Positions 37,742-49,481 of a DNA stretch of 64,000 bases are shown here, in pieces. The DNA is from Trichosphaerium sp. ATCC 40318 (taxonomy: Eukaryota > Protista > Tubulinea), in assembly GCA_038496445.1 (NCBI GenBank), contig JALMLS010000131.1, positions 2,500 to 66,499 of the forward strand. Direction: 5' to 3'. The notes beneath the pieces are model-generated. The model was given only the letters and a program-made list of their open reading frames with translations, was not told where the DNA came from and made no database searches. The position numbers were made by a program, and so were the translations under genes. Position 1 is the stretch's first letter. Every line of letters starts with the position of its first letter.

Positions 37742-37987
37742 AGTGACAGACAAAGGTTTGAAGGTAGTAAATAGATGTGTAGCGCTAATTGAGGATAAAA
37801 GTGTTTAACAACTACCGAATTCCTGTTTTAGTATTAAAGTACTTTATAAAGTATTTTCAAATAACAGCATGGGCAATAAACCTATTTGACGCCAGAACTT
37901 GCGTCATAAAAAATGTAGAATTAAATACGGCACTTGTTTAGTAGCCAATAGAGATAAATTTACAAGTATTTGTTAGTTTATTGTACA

Positions 37988-40973
37988 TCATTCCCATAAA
38001 GGTTCTTCCATAACAGTGTCCTGAAGGTAACAATTACAAAAAACCAAAAAAAATACTAAAAACAAACCTCTAGAGTTGACCATAGTAAGTCCGGAACATC
38101 TAGGTCAATTGATTCCACTTTAAAATTACGTTCATATTCACAAGATATGGGTTCTTCTGTATATCCTTCAGGTGAAGCCATGAGAAGTGATGGAAAGAAC
38201 TACAGACAACATTATACTGACTTCAAAAAAAATTAAAAATCACATTGATCAGTTGTACCTCGCTATCGCTTTGTGTTATTGCGCTGAGTGTTGGGGAGTT
38301 TGTCAGTTCTATTTGATCGCTTATACTTGGTACATTTGTTACAACAGGCTTTGAATGAACACAAAAAGAACCAACAGGTAGGCATATAGCGTTTTGAAGT
38401 GCAATAAGTTTCTTGATTGCTTCAGGTGAATCGATAATATTAGGCTGATCAGACTCTGTGATATTATATCCTTCTCTTTGTAGTTTACAAAACATATCGT
38501 TTACCTTGGTACCTTCCCATAGTATAAAATTAGCGCAGTGGTCATTACCCTCCTCGTTTAAACCCGGAATGCGTGCTAGAATCATATCATGTTCAGGCCT
38601 TTTGTACTTCATGCTCAAGAACAACTAAACATGTATGTTAATGACCTAAAGGGATAGTGTATCTTCTTCAATTTAGACATACCCTGAATATCATTCGTGC
38701 CATTGGCCATCTATTAAAGGCAGAAGTTAGAATTCTTTCGAAGTTCAAAACAGAATTTAAATAGCATATTTTTCTGAGTGATCACGTGCTTTTTTGCTGA
38801 GGTTCTGATATGGTTTAGGCAACATAAAAATTCTTCTGCTGAATCTAGCTGAGCAAATGTCTAATAAAAAAGTGTCAATGCTCAACGCTCACTTAGATAA
38901 CTTTAAATTTACAGAAAAAACTGTTTACTCGACTTACCTCAATAAGTAATTTGACAGTTAGAAGCATTAAAACTGCATTCTTATTTACTTCGTGTAAGTA
39001 TTCTACGCCTTTTTTGGCATGCTGAACAGTGTTAAGTAAAATTCATTGAAAAAAGAAAGGTGTAGTTTCTTACTTTGATTGCTTCAAATCGATTTCCTTC
39101 ACATAAAAGGAACTTAGCCTTCGCCAAGTGGGACATGATGTCAACATGAACGCCCATGTGGCCAGTATTGATTGATTGAACTTGCATTAATCTCAACTGG
39201 TTATACGTTAGTACTGCTTTTTTTTTAAAATGCTTGTTCGTACCATGCAATCTGACTTTTGAGACACCGTCAGAGGTTTCTTTGTTACAAGTGAAGTGGA
39301 TGTCTTTTAGTAAATGAGAGGTGTAAACAGTTTAAATACGAGAAGTTCTCTTTGTTTTTGGCTTACCTTATTGTAAACTTTTCTGAGCAAGCAAATGACC
39401 AGAATCTGCTTGTCAATGAGAGAAATATGGTGTATATTACCTAAACATACGTTGGAGTTCTTTTATCTTTGTGTTTTCTGGCCTACCTCCACAAGAAGCT
39501 AAAATATCGCTAACAGTTTTTTCATGTATTTTTTTGCGTTTTCTGGTGCACATGAATTTACAGTCTTGCCACGTGATTACACGAAGTAAAGTACGTTGTT
39601 CTTCTGTTGCAGCATCTAAAGGGTTGTAAATATACGTCTTTAATTATTAAAACGCACATACCAAAGGAGCTTGAGTTTTTACTCGCTTTTTTTCTTAGTG
39701 CAACTGATCTTGAGTGGTCTCCGTTTAAATAATACATCATACCCAATATAGTCTCCCCAGCTATAATATATTATTACAACTACTTACTGTTCGACCTAAC
39801 TGGACCTACCTGCCACTTTAGGGTGAGCAGTCAACGTCAGTTTATTTTTGAAGTCGTTCGCCATATCTTCAAATTTTGATCTACTTGAATGATCACCCGT
39901 AACAAAGGCACCCATTGCAGCAGTTGCAAAAGCATGAAATGAAGTTGGTGACACTAAAAAGATGTAAGTTAAAGCTTGTCTATAATGTAGTAATACACGT
40001 GATAACCATTCCAACTTACAAGAGGAATTCGAAACAAAGAAGTACCTATTGAGAGTGGATTGTTATTTAGGCCAGTTGGATGCAACACATGAGCAATTAT
40101 CGACGATTGACTACTATGCATAGCGTCTATATAATGCAATACAATAGATGAATTCATCTAAACAAGATTTAGATATTGGTTACAATAAAAAAAAATCACG
40201 TGATTTTTTTTTGGAAAGATAACAATAACGAGGAGTGTACCATTTTAAAATCGATGGTAGAAGGTGATAATGTAGTGAGTGTAGTAATAGGGAATGGTGA
40301 ATCTTTTAAAAGTGTTATCTCTTGTTTTTGTTCTTCGATCAACTTCTCAAGATACTTTATCTTTTCTTCATACTTCTTACGATAACCTAACACGATAAGC
40401 GTCTTTCGATTTTTCAGTCTTTATGTCGGCTTTCAATTAACACTGGGACACTTTTATTTTTTTATTTGGGATAAGAACATTTGAAACGAATACCTTGCGC
40501 CCGCAGATACCTACAAAGCAAATGCTAACCAATAAAATTACTGTTGTATTGTCCGTTTCAGTCAGCTAGTCAACCCCTTATTCGCCAAGATTTTTTCGCT
40601 ACAAGTTCTCCAATGTACACAGCGATACAAATAAAGTGGTTCAGAGCAAAAAAATACTGCCGAATAAAGGGTTGACTAGCTGACTGAAACGGACAATAAA
40701 TGAAACTCGATAAAGAAAATAATACCTGGACGTGGCCCACGTTTCTTCAGAGGTACGTAAACGCATTTAGTGTCTGCACGCCAACAATTACAACAAGGAA
40801 AACCTAAATACCCGTTAATGCTTTGAGGTGATATGACCTGTTTTATACAATAAAGCTTGTTTTATTCCTAACAAGTGTACATTACCTCCGTCACACTTTT
40901 CATGCTTTTCACGGCACCGCTTACATGTTTTCTTTGGTGTATTCTTCCTTTTTTTAACGTTATGGACAATCAT
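37988..40973 (-). CDS. Second Zn(II)2Cys6 transcription factor, convergent with 29357-32317
   Basis: Spliced KTCKRCREKHEKCDGGFPCCNCWRADTKCVY..KKRGPRPG, coiled coil KKYEEKIKYLEKLIEEQKQEI, ends ..EEPLWE*. Confidence 0.85.
40547..40698. mobile_element. MITE-like inverted-repeat element (about 150 bp, flanked by TA) inside an intron
   Basis: TATTGTCCGTTTCAGTCAGCTAGTCAACCC is a perfect 30-bp inverted repeat of 40669-40698, extending to about 54 bp with 5 mismatches. Confidence 0.65.
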
Positions 40974-41285
40974 AGTGATCTATCTTCGCTGTATTACTGA
41001 CGGTTTAATATATTTCCCGCGAGCCTTAATCAGTTTTCCCGGTTAAGGCAGCGTTCCATATCAAGAAAGCGTCACCACGTGTGGTAGTTTGTCTAAATCA
41101 TTATAAGATCAAAACAACCCACGTATCACTGCTCATGAACTCGGCGGCAAATTATCACAAGAGCAATAGCATAACATACAATGTTAATATGTATAACACA
41201 TTTTTGGGTGGCATGCTACAGAGTAAGTTTCTATCATGCATGGTAGCAAAAACAAGCGAAATTGGAATATGTATTTTTAGTTATC

Positions 41286-42452
41286 TCATTGTACAATTAT
41301 AGAAGCACTAAAACTGTGCACAAGTGCTTTACACGCATCAAAATCACATTGTTGTTGCATCACTTGAAGAACACGAAGAATTCTACCTTCTTCAACACCT
41401 CCGAGAGGTTCAATAACTAAGATTTTAGACAGAACTATTTACAATTGTCAGTAGTGCACTAGTGATAACGTATGAGACGTACCAACATCGCAAAAGCGAT
41501 TTACTGACATTTTTGGTAGAACGACAGCCATTTGTTCTAAGAATGAATAGTAAGGTAGTTTATTGTGTTTTGACGCTTGCTTAGAGTCATTGAAAAGAGC
41601 ATAGAGAAGCTCAAATCCGTAAACCTCTCTATCAGATTCTGGTCTACAAAAAAGAAGGTTATAAGAATCTTGGTCAACCAAGTGCTACGTACAATGTTTG
41701 GGCAATGGAGCCGAAGGATTCAACCAAGAATTCAGCGTATCCGCTGTTATTTATTTGAGGAAGGCAAGCTACATCCAAAAGCCTTTCTTTTACGTTATTG
41801 ATGTGCTCAGATGTAAAACGGACAGACTGCAATAGTGAACTCAAAGTTGTAGGATCTATTGGGTGCTCGATAATTTCATTAACAAGCAATTCTAACGATT
41901 GTTAGACTGACGGAACATAAATACGAGTAGTCGCTGTTGTAGCTTGCCTTTTGTAGATTGAGGTACGATTTTGAAAAACAAAGGTAGAAGCTCTTCTTCA
42001 CGCTTTACTTCGCACATTATCAATATGGGTTTTACAAGAGACTTGGAGAGGCCTTCGTTCTTCAACCTGAAAATAACTGTCAACGTTGTTGTTGGTTTAG
42101 CTTGGCGCACCATTGAGCGGCATCTGGTCTTGTGAATAGCGTAGATAGAACTGAGTAGAGCTGAGAGTATACTTTTTGTAATACTTGTATTGGAGCGCAC
42201 TCAATTACAACGTTCAGTAGGAATACAACCTTTTTAAACCTAGATGGCGAGTTTATCTCTGCGCGTAAACCGAGAAATATGCCATTCAATACAATGGTTA
42301 TATTCTTTAATAGTAAGTTTCCTAGCCAACAGATCAGCGTTTTGTTTGTCTGATAAGTTGAAATTACTACCTCTTCCGTCATAGCTTCTGTTTCGTAACG
42401 TTTGGGCTGCTGCCAGCAAGTCTCGTGGAGTTATGTTGCAACGATCGGCCAT
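41286..42452 (-). CDS. Hypothetical alpha-helical (HEAT/ARM-like) protein, multi-exon
   Basis: Successive frame-shifted ORF segments joined by short introns; amphipathic Leu-rich helices. Confidence 0.55.
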
Positions 42453-42963
42453 AGCTGTTTTTTGAATGCTGGTTTTCTATTTCCACGTGACATGCTTTGT
42501 TCTTGCTTTGCGAACTAACATGGCACCCGCTGGACGTTCCATGAAGTACAGTGACTTACGAACGTATTTGAGATTAACAACTTGAAGCAGTCAGTACGGC
42601 ATGATTTGGAACAGGTACAGATTCTAGAATTCACTTTGAGGAATTTTACTGTTTGTTTTTGTTTGTTTATTCAAGTCGGGATCACAGCAACGCTTACGTA
42701 TACAACAAAAACATGTTACGTGAAATACACAGAATGATTAACAGATTACTGGTGGCCACAAGTTCCCCAAAACGTTGTACATACAAGCAAACTGTACATA
42801 TAACTACTGAGGCGTGTTGCTGACGGCGAACTAGGAAAAGTCTGTGAATAGACCGAGGATTGCGGTTTTTTTGGAACCTCTCGACGAAATCTCGATGAAA
42901 ATTCACGTTGAATTTGATTGAGTACAAAAAGTGAGCCAAAAACAAATTCACGTATACAACATA

Positions 42964-44154
42964 ATGAGCACCCCAGGATCTAACCCAGAGCCAACTCAAA
43001 CCACAAACGCGCCTCAAACACGCACTTTTTTTGGCGTTATACAATTTCATGTGCCTATCGTTATAAACGCCAATACAGAACAAGCGGGCGAACCTCCACT
43101 ATCGTACGACAATTTAGGAACCTGCAATTCCTTCACTAACCAAACGTCTAGAATTGCTGATATATTGCGACAAATTAACCCTGCGTTTTCGGCAGACAAT
43201 CTAACGCCAGTTGCCGGCCAACCTTTTCCAATTAACTTTTCAAACCTACCAAACATGCCAAACATGCCGAACATGCCCATGCCTAATCTCCCTACCGGTG
43301 TTAATAGTTTCCAAGACCTGCTAGACTCAATGTTTCAACAACACCAACCAACTGGCCCACCACCGGCGTCAAAAAACGCTGTGGAGAGCTTACGACAGAT
43401 TGTGGTCGATGACACGCTCGAGAAACAAAACGTCGAATGTACTGTATGTAAATGTAATTTCGAAGCAGGTACGTTCCTTTTACGCCATAAAAACCGCGAA
43501 ACCAATCATGGTATTACTTTATTTACCCGCGCTAGGCGATGAAGCTCTAGAGATGCCCTGCAAGCACTTATACCACTCAGATTGCCTAAAGCCATGGTTA
43601 AAAACACATAATACGTGCCCTGTACGTTATAAAAAGCCAAACGACTTTTTTTGTTAAATGGCGTGACACGTGTAAAATTTTAAAACTGTGTTTACGTGCC
43701 AACGAACACCAAATCACTCTAGCTGCCGTTTACGAAGGAGTGGAATTTTTTTTTTGGAAAAGTTCTTGTAGGCTCACTTTTTCTCCCTCAGGTTTGTCGA
43801 TACGAACTAGCTACATCAGATGCTACGTACGAAAACGAGAGGAAACGCCGTATGGAACAAAGAGATAACTCTTGGAGCGGTTACGACACTAAAAACGCCC
43901 CAGAAGCTAAACGCGCTAAGAAGCATCACCATACATGTGCTCTGGAGCTAGAAACAGAGAAGCAATGCGAATTCAAAGAAACAGGCGAACCTGTTCGTTT
44001 AACGCTTCACTGTGGTTGTAATTATCACAAAGAGTGCCTGGAGAATAATTTAAAGAAGAAGGATGTTGATATAACAAGCTTGAACACTATACACTTTGAG
44101 TGCCCATCTTGCAACAAGAATACTTCTATTATTCCGTTCATTGACATAGATTGA
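42964..44154 (+). CDS. RING-H2 E3 ubiquitin ligase (RNF115/RNF126-like) with a second C-terminal RING-like finger
   Basis: [50 protein letters not shown], then [18 protein letters not shown]. Confidence 0.88.
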
Positions 44155-44567
44155 TCAAGTGGCATTTTTTTAAAACCCTAACTGTCAAAGTCTTCGTATA
44201 ACAACAAAGGCGATTGAATATTCTCCCGCTACAAAATCACGTCAAAAGGATAGACACAAACCAACTGTAAAAAACTACAAATGTACATAAGGAAAAAACT
44301 GTAAATAATAAGTAAATTAGAACCATTTCAAGTTGAATAAATTATAATTCTGTTATTCATACACTTCCTGAAATATAATGCGGAAGCAAGTAGCCTTTTA
44401 CCACTTTGTATGGATTCAGCTGTGTACCAAACATTCAGTGCTATCTCTCAAGTAGGAGCTAAAGCTCCGACAAACTCTTACAGGCTCATCACAACAGATT
44501 GTAAAGTACTATAATAAATTTTATTTATGACATGTCAAGGTTTTCGCATCATTACCACTGCAGTTTA

Positions 44568-46730
44568 TCACCAAACACCCTGCTCCTTTTTTTGCTCTAT
44601 ATATTGCCTTGTACGATAAGTAATACGCATACGTTTCTTCTTCATCCTTTCGACGATTTGTTTAGCATCATCAACTCTACCACGCTCACATTGTATCTTT
44701 ACCATATAATTTGAATTATAAAAATCTGCTGTAATGCCATCAGAAATCATCTTTTTGTAAATTGAATAAGCGCCTTCAAAATCATTTCTTGTCATGTATA
44801 ATTGTATAAGAGTATTGTAAGTAACAATATTACTTTTAACACCAGCAACTCTCTGCATCTCTTTGAGTAAATCATTGCTCTCTTCTATTGTTTTGTCACT
44901 GTTGGCGCACATATTTAATATAGTATTAACCACATAAACATTCCAATGGCTTTTATCTAAAGCCAATAATCTTTCTGTAATCTTAAATCCTTCATCAAAC
45001 TTCTTAAGAGTACAAACCGCCTTTAACATCATAGAGTTTGTATAGCAACTAGATTTAAGACCTTCCTTAATCATACGATTGTATAAAGCCAATACTTCAT
45101 TAGGATCAGAGGCATACGCCTTCATCAAGTTAACATAAGTATCTGTATCAACAGGAACACCATCATTCTTCATTGCTGACATGATATCTTGTAGAAGCAT
45201 TTTATTCTTCAGTTTACCCATTACCGAAAGAAGCCAGTTGTAGTCTTTCACACCAAGATCAATAGAAGAGTCTTGTAAATCTGCGTAAACAGATATTGCT
45301 TCATCTTCTTTATTGTAAGTGCAAAGAGCGTCAAGTGTATGCACATATATTTGTTTCTCTTTTGGTATTCCTTTTGATCCACATTCTTTATAAAGATCAA
45401 AGGCTCTTTTACTATCTCGAAAGTATTTGCATGCTCTTATAGAAGTAGAATATGAAAAACAACTAAGAGTGACTTTCTTGTCCTTCATGACATCCAATAG
45501 TTTAAATACTTCTGCAGGCTTCTTCGCTTTCAAATATCCTTCCAGAACAACATCGTAATTAAATGTACTTGGCTCTATAGTCTCTTCCATATATACTAGT
45601 AATGATTGGGCGATTCCAGGCTTACCATTACCACAAAACTTTGCGATGTAAGTATGATAAAAAAAAACATCAGGTTTGATTCCAACATTGACTAACTTGT
45701 TTACAATCTTACGGACATCTTCGACTGTATTAACATCCAATCCTGAACCTCTTGATGCTTCATTAAAAGTGTTGATATCAGGTTTTAGACCATCATCCTT
45801 AATACGCTTGAATACCGCAGCAAACTTGTCTTCAAGACCTAAGTGTCTATACATTGCCAATATTTGGTTATAAATCCGTATATCTGGTTTTATGCCTTTC
45901 TCCTTCATATCCTTTATAATTTTCTCAGCTTTTTCTGGTTCTTTTGCGTAACAGAAACTTTTCACAAGTGCGCTGTAAGAGATTAAGTCAACGTCCAAAT
46001 TTTCTGCCATTTGTTCGTAAATTTCGTAAGCTTCATCAGGCCTACCGGCATTACCGTAAATCCGGATAAGATTACTGTAATTAAAATCATTAGGCTTGAT
46101 GCCATAGTCATTTTCTAGTTCATGAAATATCTTGGAGGCTTGGTCTGGGTCATCGCTGTATTTTGAGATAATTGCATTCGCACACCAATTATCCATTTCC
46201 AAGTTATTTTTCTTCATTTCAGTTATCCATTTCTCGGCTTCTTTTGCGTTTGGAGCCAATTGCAATAGCGTAGTATACACTCTTATATCTGGAAATAGAC
46301 CTTCTAGCTTTAAAGCGGACAATTGACGTTGTGCAAATTCGTAATCGTCGATTTTCGGCATGAACTTATTAAACATCTGGAAAGATGGGCTATACTGTTT
46401 ACTCATCCAGAAGTACTCCTTTATTGAATTACGTTTGTGTAACGGCATGTCGTTGAATTGTGCGAAACTCGGTTTTTTGTCATATTGTGAAGCTTCGTAA
46501 GAGGTGTCTTCGCGCGTTGCATAAGCGTCGTTGAGTTCGTTTTGCATACAGAAAGGCTATTAGCGTTAGTTTCGGACAAAATATTAAAGCAATATTCGGA
46601 ACGCTGTTTTGACGCGCGTTTAGGTAGTTCTAGACAGTAGAGCGACTTTTAACAACTTTCACCAAAAAAGAATGGCAAAGAGCCATAACCGAGTCGCGTA
46701 ACACGTACCGTAGTAGACAATAATACGCAT
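44568..46730 (-). CDS. Pentatricopeptide-repeat (PPR) protein, probably mitochondrial
   Basis: A 659-aa exon of 35-aa repeats (GIKPDIRIYNQIL, PDINTFN, NIVTYNTLI) plus short 5' exons. Confidence 0.92.
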
Positions 46731-47116
46731 GGTATTCGTAAGAATAATTTATTTGGCCGAGAGCTTGCTCTAGCGGCCAACCTTAACATATCGTCCTCTT
46801 ACACTCCCCGTAGTTACTAAAAAGAACTACAAATGGGAAACCGTCAGCGTTGGTCTTTTCTCTTCGCAACCACTTTATAGTTTGTTGTTGCCCGTACCTT
46901 CGTGTACACGAGGGGAATAAACGTGTTATTTTAATTTTAAAGTCCGCTTAAACCATTTTTAACAAAATTCGCTGCGACTAAGAACAACATACGTAAGTGT
47001 GCAACACAAACACTTAATAACGTATTTCGCTTATAACGACTGCATTAGAAACAAAACAAACAATAAACAGATAAAACCTGAACCATCACGTGCTCAACTA
47101 TTTATATTCAAACAGC

Positions 47117-49112
47117 ATGGCAATGAACCCTGCACAATTGATAGAGTGGGAGCGTATTGGCCAGGAATGGCTTGAAATTGGAAGAGAACGTAAAACATTA
47201 TCAAAGGCAACAGCTTTTGCTCTTTCTTTTGAAGGTGAAAAGGCAAATTATGAAAAAGCAGTAGAACGGTTTTCTTTCGCTGCAAAAGCGTTTGTAAACG
47301 CTCAAAACTGTGCGTTTATTATAGTATATAACTATCGGCACGTTTAGTGTCAAAAACTGACGATAGTGAAAGGGGACAAGGTTGATGAAGCTATAACTGA
47401 AATAGTATGGTGTCATGTAAAAGATAGAAAGGGTGTACAAGTAGCAAAAAGCTTTATGAAGGTTGCTACTTTATTGAAAAATAGCATAAAGACAGCAGGT
47501 ACGTTTTCGAAACCGTTTATACACTTGACGCTCAAAAAACATGCGATTGTATTGACGGCGCACGTGTTTTCTTTGGCGAAAAGGTTTTTCAGTTTTTTGT
47601 TGAAGGAGGATCTTTGGGACCTTACTCTTAACCGCAGGTTCACTTCAAAGTTATGTGGAAGAGTATAGACTTGCTCTCAAGGGTTTTGAAGGTATGACCA
47701 TTCTCTTTTTCACCTTTTTTGTCACTAATAGATGTATCAAAGGCGAGGATTTAAAAACGAGCGCTAAGTTCTACGATACTGTTGGGAACATGTTTTTGGG
47801 ACACGAAGCAACTGAAACTATAAAGTGTCTGAACGAGGCAGCTGAGCTGTATCTAGCACGTGATTTTTTACGCTTCATTCTCAGTGCTTATAATACCTTA
47901 TTAGGAAGCAGGATTAGAGGCTGAGGCGGCGGCATGCTGGAAAAAGCTAGTAGACCTTTTGGTTCTACCTGGATTAGCGAACTACGAGCGAGCTGCTACG
48001 TTATTTGAAGATATAGCAGAACATGAACGTACTGCCTCTTTTTACCATTTTTTATTTCACATTGCAAGCTGTTGATGATCGAGCATTCCAGTCCCAGTGT
48101 AAATACTAATTCATACTTTAAAGTTAGAAAGATATTCTCTGATGAGGACAGCGATATGGAAAAAGCGCGCGACCTCAATATTTATTTCCTGAAGGCTATT
48201 ATTTGTTACATAATGGTACGTGCTCTATTGTCTTTTCTTGCTTTTTTCTTGTTGCATTCTCAGCACCTGTATAGAACATTAACAATGCATCGATTGCTAA
48301 GGAAGCGACTGACAGGTATCTAAAGATACCTAATCAAATGCTTTATGGTAGTAACGAGCTCGAGATAATAAAGGTAAAGACATTCAATTCGAAAGCAAAA
48401 CTCTGACAGCATTTGTTTTTGGTGTTCTTACCTTTTATGTAGAACCTCATTGCTGCGTGTGACAACCTGGATAGTGATGGGATTTTGAGTCTTAGTATGG
48501 ACACAAGAGAGCTTGTTAACAACGATGAATGGCTTGACATTCACATGATGAAGCTTCAGATGTCGATTGCAAAAATAGAAAAGTCAGCTGTTCAATATAC
48601 TAATACGGCCAAAGGTCGTATTTTTCTCTCACCTGATTTATTCATTTAATAGTAACGATAAAACAGTTTGCATTGAGGAAGAAGAACGCAACAGAAACCT
48701 TACAAAGGCTATTGTTTGTCAACTCATAACGGCAAGTGGCGAGACACATTATTCTTTTTTTTCTCTTTTTTTTGCAGTGTTATTTTGACGCTCATTTAGC
48801 CCGACTTGAATAGAGCCAAGAAGAGTCTCTCTGATTTTTATAAACTATATCCATTGTATAATGACTCAACATGGGGAAAATTCGCAGCGGTGAGTATAAG
48901 GAAAGATGGAATCCTCAAAAAAAAAAACTTTTTTTATTTACCAAACCTTGTAGTGCCTAATAGAACAATGCGAGAAAAATGATGTCATGTTACCAGAGAT
49001 GAAAGAAGATGATTGGATACAAAGCCAACTTGATACTATAAAAGCGAACATACTTGGAGGACACTTTGGATTGGAGGAAATAGACATAGAAACGCTGAAT
49101 CGAAAACGTTAA
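47117..49112 (+). CDS. Divergent SNAP (soluble NSF attachment protein)-like protein with a duplicated C-terminal module
   Basis: YEKAVERFSFAAKAF, LNEAAELY, NYERAA..FE and YFLKAIICY are SNAP-like helical repeats. Confidence 0.65.
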
Positions 49113-49481
49113 AACAGCAAAAAAAATAATAGAGCTGATTTTGTAAAAAAATAAAAACTTAAAGACCTTAAAGTATTACTGTCCGATTTTATGTATTGTA
49201 GTTCCCTTTTCACGGTTCAAGCGCTACTAAAACAATTGCCAAACGTGACACAGCTAAAATTGCAAGTGAGAAAAGAAGGGATTATGAAAACCAAAAAGAA
49301 AGTTAGATATTGCTTTATTTCTTATACATTGGCTCCACTTGCTTTCCTGTTGCATGTCCCTACAGATACTAAATGCTAGTGGAGGGTTTTTTTGCTATTG
49401 GTATATTTATTCTAGTGTACATTGACAACACACGTGGGATACTGTCAGTCCTTTTTTTTGCTGTTAGGTTACTGCGGTTTT

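Noticed and set aside
32400-37900. Integrated giant virus or Polinton
   Set aside because: No capsid, polymerase, packaging ATPase, integrase or terminal repeats found, and an intron-bearing gene relic lies inside the region.
42830-42875. GGAAAAGTCTGTG resembling the RNase P/MRP P4 5' strand
   Set aside because: No matching P4 3' strand downstream, a T-run follows within 30 nt, and the downstream DNA is RING coding sequence.
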